A stretch of DNA of 64,000 bases from an uncultured Pseudoflavonifractor sp. (GCF_904419835.1 NZ_CAJFTA010000003.1), one strand, 5' to 3'; shown: positions 51,181-60,242, counted from the first letter of the stretch. Made by a program: numbers and translations. The notes: generated by a model not told the origin, from the sequence alone.

Positions 51181-51210
51181 AAACGGGGAGCCGCCTTCCG
51201 GCGGCTCCCC
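51181..51210 (-). terminator. terminator after rplS
   Basis: GGGAGCCGCC/GGCGGCTCCC stem then GTTT on minus strand. Confidence 0.65.
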
Positions 51211-51225
51211 TTCTGCGGTTTTGGA

Positions 51226-51567
51226 TTAGAGCTTCTCCTTGATCTTGGCGCTCTTGCCCACGCGGTCGCGCAGGTAGTAGAGCTTGGCACGGCGGACCTT
51301 GCCGTGACGGACGACCTCGATCTTCTCAGTGGAGGGAGCATGGATGGGGAAAACCTTCTCCACGCCAACGCCGTAGGAGACGCGGCGAACCGTGACAGTC
51401 TCCTCAATGCCGCCGTGCTTCTTGGCAATCACGGTGCCCTCGAACACCTGGGTACGCTCGCGGTTGCCTTCCTTAACCTTGATGGAAACGCGGACGGTGT
51501 CGCCCACGTCGCACTTGGGGGGCTCAGCCTTGAGGTGCTTCTCGGTAAATGCCTTCATCAGATCCAT
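51226..51567 (-). CDS. rplS: 50S ribosomal protein L19
   Basis: [27 protein letters not shown]. Confidence 0.98.
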   Translation of the reverse strand: MDLMKAFTEKHLKAEPPKCDVGDTVRVSIKVKEGNRERTQVFEGTVIAKKHGGIEETVTVRRVSYGVGVEKVFPIHAPSTEKIEVVRHGKVRRAKLYYLRDRVGKSAKIKEKL

Positions 51568-51589
51568 TGTTATTTCCTCCTAGTTTATA

Positions 51590-51649
51590 GGCGTTCATGC
51601 CCGCTTTTACACGCCGGACACATTTTCCGGCAGCGGCAGAGGAACACCC
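51590..51649 (-). promoter_or_regulatory. L19 leader-like autoregulatory RNA
   Basis: GGTGTTC-CTCTGCCGC...GCGGGCAT-GAACGCC stem directly before RBS, resembles Firmicute L19 leader. Confidence 0.65.
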
Positions 51650-51666
51650 TTTATTCAGACTGAGAT

Positions 51667-51695
51667 ATGATATCACATACTTTTCCAAAATGCAA
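51667..51695 (-). promoter_or_regulatory. sigmaA promoter for rplS
   Basis: TTGCAT-17-TATCAT with extended TG. Confidence 0.75.
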
Positions 51696-51770
51696 GGAAA
51701 ACTTCTGCTTCCGCCGTCTTTTCTCCCACAATTCTGTTTCATCGGCCGGCTTGAATTACGTTTGCGCTGG

Positions 51771-51797
51771 CACCTCCGCCTCCTGCTGCATAGGATG
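51771..51797 (+). promoter_or_regulatory. possible mother-cell (sigmaK/sigmaE-type) promoter
   Basis: CAC...CATAGGATG just upstream of amidase RBS. Confidence 0.4.
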
Positions 51798-51818
51798 GGG
51801 CAAAAAGGAGGTATTCCC

Positions 51819-52562
51819 ATGCCGAAAATCTATCTCTCGCCCTCTACCCAGGAAAATAACCTCTATGTCAACGGCGGCACGGAGGAGGAATGGATGAACC
51901 GCCTGGCCGATGCCATGGTCCCCTACCTCATCTCCAGCGGCATCCAGTTTACCCGCAACACGCCGGACATGACCGCTGCTTCCTCCATCGCCGCCTCCAA
52001 TGCGGGGCAGTACGATCTCCACCTGGCCCTCCACTCCAACGCGGCCCCTGACGCTCAATACGGCCGAATCCGGGGCATCATCGTCTTCTACTACCCTACC
52101 TCCGCCAGGGGACGGCGGGCTGCCGTCATGATGGCCGACAATCTGAAGACCATCTATCCCCTCCCCAACAATGTCCGGGCGGAGGGCACCACCTCTATCG
52201 GTGAGGTGCGCCGGGTGCGGGCGCCGTCGGTCTTTCTGGAGCTGGGCTACCACGACAATCCGGACGATGCGGCCTGGATTAAGAGCAACATCGAGCCGGT
52301 TGCCCGCAATCTGGTGCTCTCCCTCACAGAGTATTTCGGCATTCCCTTCCTCACGCCTGTTCCGGCGCGGCAGGGCGTCGTAGATGTCAGCTGGGGCTAT
52401 CTCAACATCCGCAGCCGCCCGGACACTTCCGCCCAAGTGATTGCCAAGGCCTACGACGGCGCCCGGCTCACGGTGATAAACCAATGGCAGGGGTGGTATC
52501 TGGTGCAGTTTGACGGCGTTGTGGGCTATGCCAGCAGCGACTTCATCACCCTGCTCTCCTAA
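51819..52562 (+). CDS. N-acetylmuramoyl-L-alanine amidase (Amidase_3-like) with C-terminal SH3b
   Basis: AAGGAGG RBS; IYLSPS, LALHSNA, FLELGYHDN; LNIRSRP..WYLV..GYASSDFI. Confidence 0.85.
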   Translation: MPKIYLSPSTQENNLYVNGGTEEEWMNRLADAMVPYLISSGIQFTRNTPDMTAASSIAASNAGQYDLHLALHSNAAPDAQYGRIRGIIVFYYPTSARGRRAAVMMADNLKTIYPLPNNVRAEGTTSIGEVRRVRAPSVFLELGYHDNPDDAAWIKSNIEPVARNLVLSLTEYFGIPFLTPVPARQGVVDVSWGYLNIRSRPDTSAQVIAKAYDGARLTVINQWQGWYLVQFDGVVGYASSDFITLLS

Positions 52563-52577
52563 GCGGAAGGGCGCGCC

Positions 52578-53858
52578 ATGGTTATCCATGTAGTCGCCCC
52601 CGGCGACACGCTCTTCTCCATTGCCGAAGCCTACGGCGTCCCGTTCTCCCTCCTGGCCATTGACAACGGCCTCTCCGCCCCCTACCAGCTGGCGGTAGGG
52701 CAGGCGCTGGTGGTCCAGTTTCCCCGTCTGGCCCACACCGTCCGCCCCGGCGAGACCACCTCCGCCATTGCCGCCCAGTACGGCATCTCACTCCGGCAGC
52801 TGCTGCGCAACAATCCGGTGCTGGGCGGCAACACCCTCATCTATCCCGGACAGACGCTGGTTATCGCGTTCCAGGGGGAGAAGCTGGGGGCCCTCACAGT
52901 CAATGGCTATGCCTATCCTTTCATCGGGCAGCGCGAGATTCAGGCGCTCCTCCCCTATCTCACCTATCTCACCCCCTTTACTTATGGCATCACCTCCCAG
53001 GGCAAACTGATTCCTCCCGACGACAGCACCCTGATCTCCACAGCCCTTCAGAGCGGCACAGCTCCTCTCCTCCATCTCTCCACCCTTGCGGAGGAGGGCG
53101 GCTTTTCCAACGAACTGGCCAGTCTGGTGCTCAATGATATGGCTGTACAGGATGCGCTGATAGACAACCTGGAAGAGACTGTGCTGGAGCGGGGCTATCA
53201 GGGGCTGGATGTGGATTTTGAGTTTGTCTTCCCTCAGGGCGCCGGTGCCTATGCAGACTTTCTCGGACGGCTCTCCGCACACTTCAACCCCATGGGTTAC
53301 CCTGTCATCGCGGCACTGGCGCCCAAGACCTCCGCCGATCAGAAGGGCCAGCTCTACGAGGGGCACAACTACCGGGCCATTGGTGAGGCTGTCAACCGGG
53401 CGTTTCTCATGACCTATGAGTGGGGCTATACCTATGGTCCGCCCATGGCGGTGGCCCCTCTGCCCAATGTACAGCAGGTGGTGGAGTACGCCCTGACAGA
53501 AATTCCGGCGGAAAAGCTGTGGCTGGGCATCCCAAACTACGGCTATGACTGGACGCTCCCCTTTGTCCAGGGCGAGAGCAGGGCCCGCTCCCTCTCCAGC
53601 CAGGAGGCGGTGGCACTGGCCATCCGGTACAGCGCTGAAATTCAATATTCGGTCCAGGCGCAGTCCCCCTTCTTCTATTATACCGATGAAGGCGCCGCCG
53701 CCCATGTGGTCTGGTTTGAGGATGCCCGCAGCATCCGTGCCAAGCTTGCCCTTGTACCCCGATACGGCTTGAGCGGCGTGGGCTACTGGAATCTAATGCG
53801 CGCCTTCCCCCAGAACTGGCGGGTGCTCAACGCGCTGTACGATATTCTGGACCCATAG
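52578..53858 (+). CDS. LysM + GH18 spore protein (YaaH/SleL/YdhD-like)
   Basis: Two LysM repeats, GLDVDFE, MTYEWG, WFEDARS, GYW. Confidence 0.9.
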   Translation: MVIHVVAPGDTLFSIAEAYGVPFSLLAIDNGLSAPYQLAVGQALVVQFPRLAHTVRPGETTSAIAAQYGISLRQLLRNNPVLGGNTLIYPGQTLVIAFQGEKLGALTVNGYAYPFIGQREIQALLPYLTYLTPFTYGITSQGKLIPPDDSTLISTALQSGTAPLLHLSTLAEEGGFSNELASLVLNDMAVQDALIDNLEETVLERGYQGLDVDFEFVFPQGAGAYADFLGRLSAHFNPMGYPVIAALAPKTSADQKGQLYEGHNYRAIGEAVNRAFLMTYEWGYTYGPPMAVAPLPNVQQVVEYALTEIPAEKLWLGIPNYGYDWTLPFVQGESRARSLSSQEAVALAIRYSAEIQYSVQAQSPFFYYTDEGAAAHVVWFEDARSIRAKLALVPRYGLSGVGYWNLMRAFPQNWRVLNALYDILDP

Positions 53859-54166
53859 TCGCCGCGAAACAGGAGAAAAGCTGTCGTTCACAATTTGTTC
53901 ATTCCGTGTTCTCAAACTGTCCACCACTTTCTTTCAAAACATGGTATTCTTATAGATGTCAGGAACCCATACAACTGACCTCCTCTCTCTTTTTCAGGAA
54001 CCTACACTGTCTCCCCGCAGAGCGGCAATCGCTCTCTGCGGGGCAGACAGACCAAAATTTCAGCGTCTTTTACAGACGTTTTTTATAGAGGAAATGCTTG
54101 AGACGCGGCTCTTGCCGCGCCTTGCTCTTTGTAAAAGAAATTTTTCGGGAAATTTGAAATTTCCTC

Positions 54167-54195
54167 TTGCATTTTATTTTTTCTTGTGATATTAT
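54167..54195 (+). promoter_or_regulatory. sigmaA promoter for tRNA
   Basis: TTGCAT-17-TATTAT with extended TG and AT-rich upstream. Confidence 0.8.
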
Positions 54196-54243
54196 AGTCG
54201 AGTCGTCAGCGAGTGGTTGATGAAATCGCCAGCAAAACGATAT

Positions 54244-54320
54244 GCGGCTGTAGCTCAGCTGGATAGAGTGTTTGGCTACGAACCAAAAGGTCGGGGGTTC
54301 GAATCCCTTCAGCCGTACCA
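54244..54320 (+). tRNA. tRNA-Arg (anticodon ACG)
   Basis: GCGGCTG/CAGCCGT acceptor stem, D arm, TTTGG-CTACGAA-CCAAA, GGTTCGAATCC, encoded CCA. Confidence 0.97.
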
Positions 54321-54745
54321 CGTCGGAGCAAAGTTTGCTTTGCTCCGACGTCTTTTTTGCCCAGGGCAAAAAAGACGTCATCCGCCGCTCCCTTGCTCCT
54401 CCTTTTCAACCGCGGCCTGCTGTGTGGGCTCACAGTTGGTGAACCGCCCTGCGGGCGGCATTTTTCTCCATTAAAAAATATCGATTTTAACCATCCCTTC
54501 TTTTTGGGTTCTGGCCGCCTTATGCGGCCTCCACCCCGCGGTATTTCAATGCTCAGGGCAGCAAAGTCACCCTTGCACCAAGGTTTTCATCTGCGGTGAA
54601 AACGCTTGTACGGCGGTACTTACGCCGCGGCCCAGAAGGGCCTGTTGGGCGCTTCTCCTGCAACGGTCCTGTCAATCCCAAATATCGATTTTTATATTCT
54701 CTTCCAGTTCGCAGTAATCAAAAACGCTTACGGCGAACTTTTTTA
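54321..54745 (+). repeat. hairpin-rich tRNA trailer with internal direct repeats
   Basis: 13-15 bp perfect stems at 54321-54379, further short stems; AAATATCGATTTT x2, AAAACGCTT(GT)ACGGCG x2. Confidence 0.6.
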
Positions 54746-54773
54746 TAATCACGGACTTGCCTCATAATCAAAC

Positions 54774-54807
54774 ACTGGGGAGCATCTTTAACAGGATGCT
54801 CCCCAGT
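54774..54807. terminator. terminator between tRNA unit and convergent helicase operon
   Basis: ACTGGGGAGCATC/GATGCTCCCCAGT 13-bp stem. Confidence 0.65.
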
Positions 54808-54835
54808 TCTATTGTCCAACAGACATGTCAGCGCC

Positions 54836-55276
54836 TCATTGGCCGGCAAAGCTGCAAATTTCGGCGCAGACTTGGTCCGGATCATACTGCCCGGCAACCA
54901 CATGAATATGATGGGCCTCGTTATCAAAGCAGCCGTGCTTCTTTTCCAGCATGGCTGCCACGGGAGCGGGCAATATTCCGTGCATGCGGAGCGTAAATCT
55001 GTTCTTGATGGTATCCAGATCTGCTGTCACCAAAATCCGGATCGCCCGGTCCGGCAGCAGCGTCAAGTGCTTCTTCTCAGAGATGACATAAATAACAGAT
55101 TCACCCTCCACTGCCTCCTGCAGCCTTTTGCAAAAGAGCGCTTGGGCTGCGGCTTCATTACCGGCAAGGCGCAGGTAGTCCCTGCCGGTATATACCTGGG
55201 CGTGGAGCGCCGATTTCAATTGCTCTGCCAAAAAAGATTTTCCGGTACAGCTCTCCCCCATGATTCCAATTACCAT
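54836..55276 (-). CDS. small P-loop NTPase/kinase-like hypothetical protein
   Basis: GAGG RBS, MVIGIMGESCTGKS Walker A at N-terminus, 146 aa. Confidence 0.75.
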   Translation of the reverse strand: MVIGIMGESCTGKSFLAEQLKSALHAQVYTGRDYLRLAGNEAAAQALFCKRLQEAVEGESVIYVISEKKHLTLLPDRAIRILVTADLDTIKNRFTLRMHGILPAPVAAMLEKKHGCFDNEAHHIHVVAGQYDPDQVCAEICSFAGQ

Positions 55277-55286
55277 CCCGCGCACC

Positions 55287-57077
55287 TCACTTCTGATTCT
55301 GCTCTTCAATCTGTTCCGCCAGGTCGTTGAGGTAGACCCACCGGTCCATCTTCTCCTCCAGCTCCCCTTCCAGGCGGGCCTGCTCCTCCTGAAGCTGCTG
55401 GAGGGCAACATAGTCGCTGGCGCACTCCTCCTGCCGGCGCTTCACATCGGCCAGCTTCTCCTCCAGAGCGGCAATCTCTCCGTCGATGGACTCATACTCC
55501 CGCTGCTCTTTGTAGCTAAATTTCAGCTTCTTGGGGCCCTGAGGCCGCTCCTGCTTTTTCTCAGCCGTTGGAGTTTTGGGTGCTTTGGTCTTCTCCTCCG
55601 CCTGCCGGGCGGCCAGATACTCGGTGTACCCGCCCGGATAGGCCCGCACCACGCCGTCCGCCTCCACGGCGAACACACGGCGCACCACCTTATCCAGGAA
55701 AAACCGGTCGTGAGAGACGGTGATAACCGCCCCCGGAAAGGTCTCCAGATAGTCCTCCAGAATGGCCAACGTCTGGATATCCAGGTCGTTGGTGGGCTCG
55801 TCCAGCAGCAGCACGTTGGGCGCGGAGGCCAGCACCGCCATCAGGAACAGCCGCCGCTTCTCCCCGCCGGACAGCTTGGAGATGGGACTGTACTGGATAT
55901 CCCCCGGGAACAGAAACTTGTCCAGCAGCTGGGTGGCGGTGAGGGTTCCCTCAGGGGTCTCGATATAGTTGCCAATCTCCTTGACGTAGTCGATGACCCG
56001 GGTCTCCGGAGGCATGACAGGGTTCTCCTGGCTGAAGTAGCCGATGCGCACCGTCTCTCCCTGCTCTATCTCTCCCCTGTCCGGGGTCAGCCGGCCGGCA
56101 ATCAGGTTGAGCAGGGTGGACTTGCCGCTGCCGTTGGTACCCACAATACCAATCCGGTCGTCCCGCAGGAGCATGCAGTCAAAGTCCCGCAGCACCGTCC
56201 GGCCCTCAAAGGACTTGGTCACGCCCTGCAGCTCGATGGTCTTTTTCCCCAGTCGGCTGGAGATGGCCGACAGGGTCAGCTCGGCCCGCTGTTCCGGACC
56301 CTTCTGTTCCTTCAGGGCCTCATACCGCTCCAGCCGCTCCCGGCTCTTGGTACCCCGGGCGGTGGGACCCTGCATCACCCACTGGTATTCCCGCCGGAGG
56401 ATGGACTGCCGTTTGCGCTCGCTGGCCTGGGCCATCTCCTCCCGCTCCGCCCGGAGACGGAGATAGTCCTCGTAGTTGCCCTCATAGAAATAAAGCTTCC
56501 CCCGCTCCACCTCCGCCATGCGGGTGACCACCCGCTCCAGGAAGTACCGGTCGTGTGTCACCATGGCCAGAGCCCCCCTGTACTGCCGGAGATAGTCCTC
56601 CAGCCAGCGGACCATCTCGCTGTCCAGGTGGTTGGTGGGCTCGTCCAGGATGAGGATGTCGCTCTCGTGGACCAGGGCGGAGGCCATGGCCACCCGCTTC
56701 CGCTGGCCGCCGGACAGCGTACCCACCCGCTGGTCAAAGTCCGTGATACCCAGCCGGGTGAGGATGGTCTTGGCCTCATACTCCGCCAGCTCCCGGGCCT
56801 CGGGAGAGAGCCCGGCGAACACCTGCTCCAGCACGGTGCGCCCCCCCTCAAAGGCCGGGTTCTGGGGCAGGTACTCCACCCGGACGTTGGGGTCCAGAGA
56901 GACAGTCCCCTCGTCCGGCTCCTCAGCCCCCGCCAGAATCTTCAGCAGGGTGGATTTCCCCGTGCCGTTGACGCCAATGACGCCTACCTTGTCCCCCTGG
57001 TTCAGATAGAGGGATACCCCGTCCAGCAGCACCTTGGTGCCGTATGCCTTTTTGATGTGCTCTGCCGACAAGAGCAT
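55287..57077 (-). CDS. ABC-F family ATPase (Uup/YfmR-like)
   Basis: Two ABC domains (GVNGTGKS/LSGGQ/DEPTNHLD; GTNGSGKS/LSGGE/DEPTNDLD), KLKFSYKEQRE coiled-coil tail, no TM. Confidence 0.92.
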   Translation of the reverse strand: MLLSAEHIKKAYGTKVLLDGVSLYLNQGDKVGVIGVNGTGKSTLLKILAGAEEPDEGTVSLDPNVRVEYLPQNPAFEGGRTVLEQVFAGLSPEARELAEYEAKTILTRLGITDFDQRVGTLSGGQRKRVAMASALVHESDILILDEPTNHLDSEMVRWLEDYLRQYRGALAMVTHDRYFLERVVTRMAEVERGKLYFYEGNYEDYLRLRAEREEMAQASERKRQSILRREYQWVMQGPTARGTKSRERLERYEALKEQKGPEQRAELTLSAISSRLGKKTIELQGVTKSFEGRTVLRDFDCMLLRDDRIGIVGTNGSGKSTLLNLIAGRLTPDRGEIEQGETVRIGYFSQENPVMPPETRVIDYVKEIGNYIETPEGTLTATQLLDKFLFPGDIQYSPISKLSGGEKRRLFLMAVLASAPNVLLLDEPTNDLDIQTLAILEDYLETFPGAVITVSHDRFFLDKVVRRVFAVEADGVVRAYPGGYTEYLAARQAEEKTKAPKTPTAEKKQERPQGPKKLKFSYKEQREYESIDGEIAALEEKLADVKRRQEECASDYVALQQLQEEQARLEGELEEKMDRWVYLNDLAEQIEEQNQK

Positions 57078-57106
57078 ATGTCATTCCCCTTTCTGGGTCT
57101 TTTGTA

Positions 57107-59260
57107 TTACAGTTTTTCCAATCTGGCCCGGAAGGAGATCCGCCTGGGCGTGGCCATCTCGTCAAACTGGACCACGTGGGCGCCCCGCTCCCTGTCCACC
57201 TCCAGAATCGTGCCAAGGCCGAACATCTGGTGCCGTACCCGCTGGCCAACAGAAAAGGTAATAGCGCCGTCATCCTCCGGCAGATACCGCTCACTGCTGG
57301 CAATGGCGTATCTTGTCTCCCGGATGAGCCCCTCCTCCGGCGGTCTGGTATAGGTGAGCAGCTCCTGGTCGATATCCAGCAGGAACCGGGACGGATAGCG
57401 GGGCGATCCGTCAAAATTGCGCCCGTCTGCCTCGGAGAGATAAAGCCCCTTCTCCGCACGGGTCAGGGCTACGAAGGCCAGCCGCCGCTCCTCCTCCATG
57501 CCCTGTAGGGTGCGCACCTTCCGGGAGGGGAAAATCCCCTCGTTCATGCCGCACAGGAATACATAGGGAAACTCCAGGCCCTTGGCGGCGTGGACGGTCA
57601 TCAGCTTCACCTTGTCCCCCTGATCCCCGGCGTCGCTGTTGCTGAACAGGGCGATATGGGCCAGATAGTGCTCCAGGGTGGTCTCCTCGCCGCAGGTGGT
57701 CTCGTACTCGTACACCGACTGCTTCAGCTCCGCCAGGTTGTCCAGCCGCTCCTGGCTGCCCTCGGTGCGGAGCATCTTCTCATAGCCGCTCTCATTGAGG
57801 ACGGCGGAGAGCACCTCCGAGATGGGGCGGCCCTCATATCCGGCGGCGAAGGCCTCTATCAGGGAGACAAAGGCCTGGGCCTTTGTGCCCTTGAACACCG
57901 GGTCCTCCAGGTTGTCCAGCAGGCTCTGGTAGAGGGTTTTGCCGTGCTCCGCCGCGTACGCCTCCAGAAAGGCCATCCGCCGCTTGCCCAGGTTCCGCTT
58001 GGGCACGTTGGCAATCCGCCGGAAGGACAGGTCATCCTTGTAGACCATCATCCGCAGATAGGACAGGGCGTCCTTGATCTCCATGCGGCCGAAAAACTGC
58101 ACGCCGCTGTAAATCGTATAGGGGATTTTGGCCTGGAGCAGCGCCTCCTCCACCGCGCGTGACACATAGTGGGCCCGGTAGAGCACCGTCATGTCCCGGT
58201 ATGGAACCCCCTGGCTGTGGAGCTGCTCCATCTCCCCCGCTATCCACTGCGCCTCCGCCGTCTGGGTCTCTCCCAGGTGGCACAGCACCGGAGCGCCGGA
58301 CGGAAGGGTGGGGAGCAGCGCCTTTGGAATGCGGTACTTGTTCTTGTCAATCAGCGCGTTGGCCGCCGCCAGAATCTCCGGCGTGGAGCGGTAGTTCTCC
58401 ATCATCATGATGGTTTTCACGGCGGGGAACTGTTTGTCAAACTCCAGCAGGTACTTCACATCCGCGCCCCGCCAGGTGTAGATGGTCTGGTCCGGGTCTC
58501 CCACAATGAACAGGTTTCCGTGGTAGCCGCAGAGCACCTCCATCAGCTGGTACTGGAGCTGGTCGATGTCCTGGAACTCGTCAATCATGATATACTCCAG
58601 CCGCTGCTGCCACTTGAGCTTGATGTCCCCGTGCTGCTGGAAGATATAGAGGGAGAATTTGATAAGGTCGTTGTAGTCCAGGCCGAAGCACTTCTTCTCC
58701 TGGTAGAGATAGCCGTAGAAGATGACGTCCCCCGCCTGCACCGCGCTGAGATACTTCTCCTTCAGGGTGTCCAGAGACAGATTGATCAGGTCCCGATAGT
58801 ATTCCGGCTCCTTGACGAGCTTGCGCATCTCAATCATGTCCCGGGCGGTGGAGAAGGTCATGTCCCGCAGGGTCAGCCCCCGCTCCTCGTAGATAATCTG
58901 GAGCATGGCGTCAATGTCGGAATTGTCCAGCACAAGGAAGCTCTTTGGGTATTGGACCGCATGGCTGTCCTCCTGGAGGACGGAGACGCAGAAGCCGTGG
59001 AAGGTATTGATATACCCGGTGTCGTTGTCCCCCGTGAGCTGGTGGATACGCTGGCGCATTTCATTGGCGGACTTGTTGGTAAAGGTGACGCAGAGAATGT
59101 TGCCCGGCAGGATGCCCAGCTCGTTGACCAGGTAGGCAAACCGGCGAGACAGCGCCCTGGTCTTGCCTGAGCCCGCGCCGGCGATGACGCGGACAAAGCC
59201 CTCCGTAGCGGTGACCGCCTCCCGCTGGGCGCTGTTCAGGCCCTCCAGAATGTCTGTCAT
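57107..59260 (-). CDS. UvrD/PcrA-like SF1 DNA helicase
   Basis: AGAGSGKT, TFTNK, DEFQD, GDPDQ, NYRS, HAAKGLEF, VALTRA, C-terminal Tudor-like domain. Confidence 0.93.
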   Translation of the reverse strand: MTDILEGLNSAQREAVTATEGFVRVIAGAGSGKTRALSRRFAYLVNELGILPGNILCVTFTNKSANEMRQRIHQLTGDNDTGYINTFHGFCVSVLQEDSHAVQYPKSFLVLDNSDIDAMLQIIYEERGLTLRDMTFSTARDMIEMRKLVKEPEYYRDLINLSLDTLKEKYLSAVQAGDVIFYGYLYQEKKCFGLDYNDLIKFSLYIFQQHGDIKLKWQQRLEYIMIDEFQDIDQLQYQLMEVLCGYHGNLFIVGDPDQTIYTWRGADVKYLLEFDKQFPAVKTIMMMENYRSTPEILAAANALIDKNKYRIPKALLPTLPSGAPVLCHLGETQTAEAQWIAGEMEQLHSQGVPYRDMTVLYRAHYVSRAVEEALLQAKIPYTIYSGVQFFGRMEIKDALSYLRMMVYKDDLSFRRIANVPKRNLGKRRMAFLEAYAAEHGKTLYQSLLDNLEDPVFKGTKAQAFVSLIEAFAAGYEGRPISEVLSAVLNESGYEKMLRTEGSQERLDNLAELKQSVYEYETTCGEETTLEHYLAHIALFSNSDAGDQGDKVKLMTVHAAKGLEFPYVFLCGMNEGIFPSRKVRTLQGMEEERRLAFVALTRAEKGLYLSEADGRNFDGSPRYPSRFLLDIDQELLTYTRPPEEGLIRETRYAIASSERYLPEDDGAITFSVGQRVRHQMFGLGTILEVDRERGAHVVQFDEMATPRRISFRARLEKL

Positions 59261-59296
59261 CCAGCTCCCCCCTATCAGAACAGTTGTTTTTTATTA

Positions 59297-59552
59297 TAAT
59301 GTCTGCTGAATAAACCGCAAATCGGTTTATTCGCGCGGCAGCAGCCGCGCAATTCCATCAAAGCGGCCCAAAGGAGCCGCTTTGATGGAATTCAGCCATT
59401 GCTGTAATGTGTATTTCCGCTGGTGCATCTCAATGCACCAGCGGAAGGTGCAGGGGGAGACCATTTCGTGCAAACCCCTTGCACCTGAACAAAGCCAAAC
59501 AGTCTTGAAAGCTATGGCTTTCAAGACCTTGGGCTTTGTTCAATACACATTA
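59297..59552. mobile_element. putative MITE-like non-coding element with imperfect terminal inverted repeats
   Basis: Ends TAATGTCTGCTGAATAAACC vs rc TAATGTGTATTGAACAAAGC (15/20); TTATTATA direct repeat at 59291-59298 and 59550-59557; six internal hairpins. Confidence 0.6.
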
Positions 59553-59580
59553 TTATAGCAGGAATCCCCCATCCGCTCAA
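59552..59580 (-). promoter_or_regulatory. sigmaA promoter for helicase operon
   Basis: TTGAGC-17-TATAAT with extended TG. Confidence 0.7.
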
Positions 59581-59750
59581 TATCAGCTCAGGCACTTTCC
59601 CTGCTTGAACCATCACCCGCAGACATCTGAGCCGCGGACTGATGGCCTCCCATTGCGGAGCTGTTTTCCTTTCAAACGCGCTGTTTTGGAAGCAATTTCA
59701 GGCAAGATGTGTTATACTTGGGTTATCCCCTCAAAAGGTGGCGATACTGC

Positions 59751-60176
59751 ATGGAAAAACAGGAAAAAGCGGCCATCGCCTCTTCCAATGCCCGGAAGTT
59801 CAAAATTGGCCGCCGTGAGTATACCGCTGTGGACAAACGCACCTATCAACTGGACAAAAGGGTCCCGTCCGGGAAAGCCTGCATAAAAACCTGCGCAATC
59901 CGTGTTGTGCGTGACCGCCCCAGTCTCATGGACATATACCGCATCGAGCACTGGCTCCTGGGAAAGGGCTTTTATCAGAAGAGCTCCGTGCCGAAGGCGG
60001 ACAGAGAGCGGATTCTGGCGGAATACAATCTGCAATACGATGAAGGCCTCCGGCGGTACTGCAATTCCGAAGAAGCTCTGTGGGAGCTGTTTCTGAAGAA
60101 GTTTCCTGCCAAAATCGCGGACGAGCATATTACCAGCTACGGCGAACTCCTGTACCGTGCAAAGCACCGGAGATAA
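59751..60176 (+). CDS. hypothetical basic protein, 141 aa
   Basis: ORF with AAGGTG RBS, extended -10 TGtTATACT at 59710-59718, downstream terminator; no recognised family. Confidence 0.6.
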   Translation: MEKQEKAAIASSNARKFKIGRREYTAVDKRTYQLDKRVPSGKACIKTCAIRVVRDRPSLMDIYRIEHWLLGKGFYQKSSVPKADRERILAEYNLQYDEGLRRYCNSEEALWELFLKKFPAKIADEHITSYGELLYRAKHRR

Positions 60177-60242
60177 CGGTTCCCTTCGGCGCCGCCGTGA
60201 GCACCTCATTTTTAATATCCCGCGGTCGCCGTGCGTCCGCGG

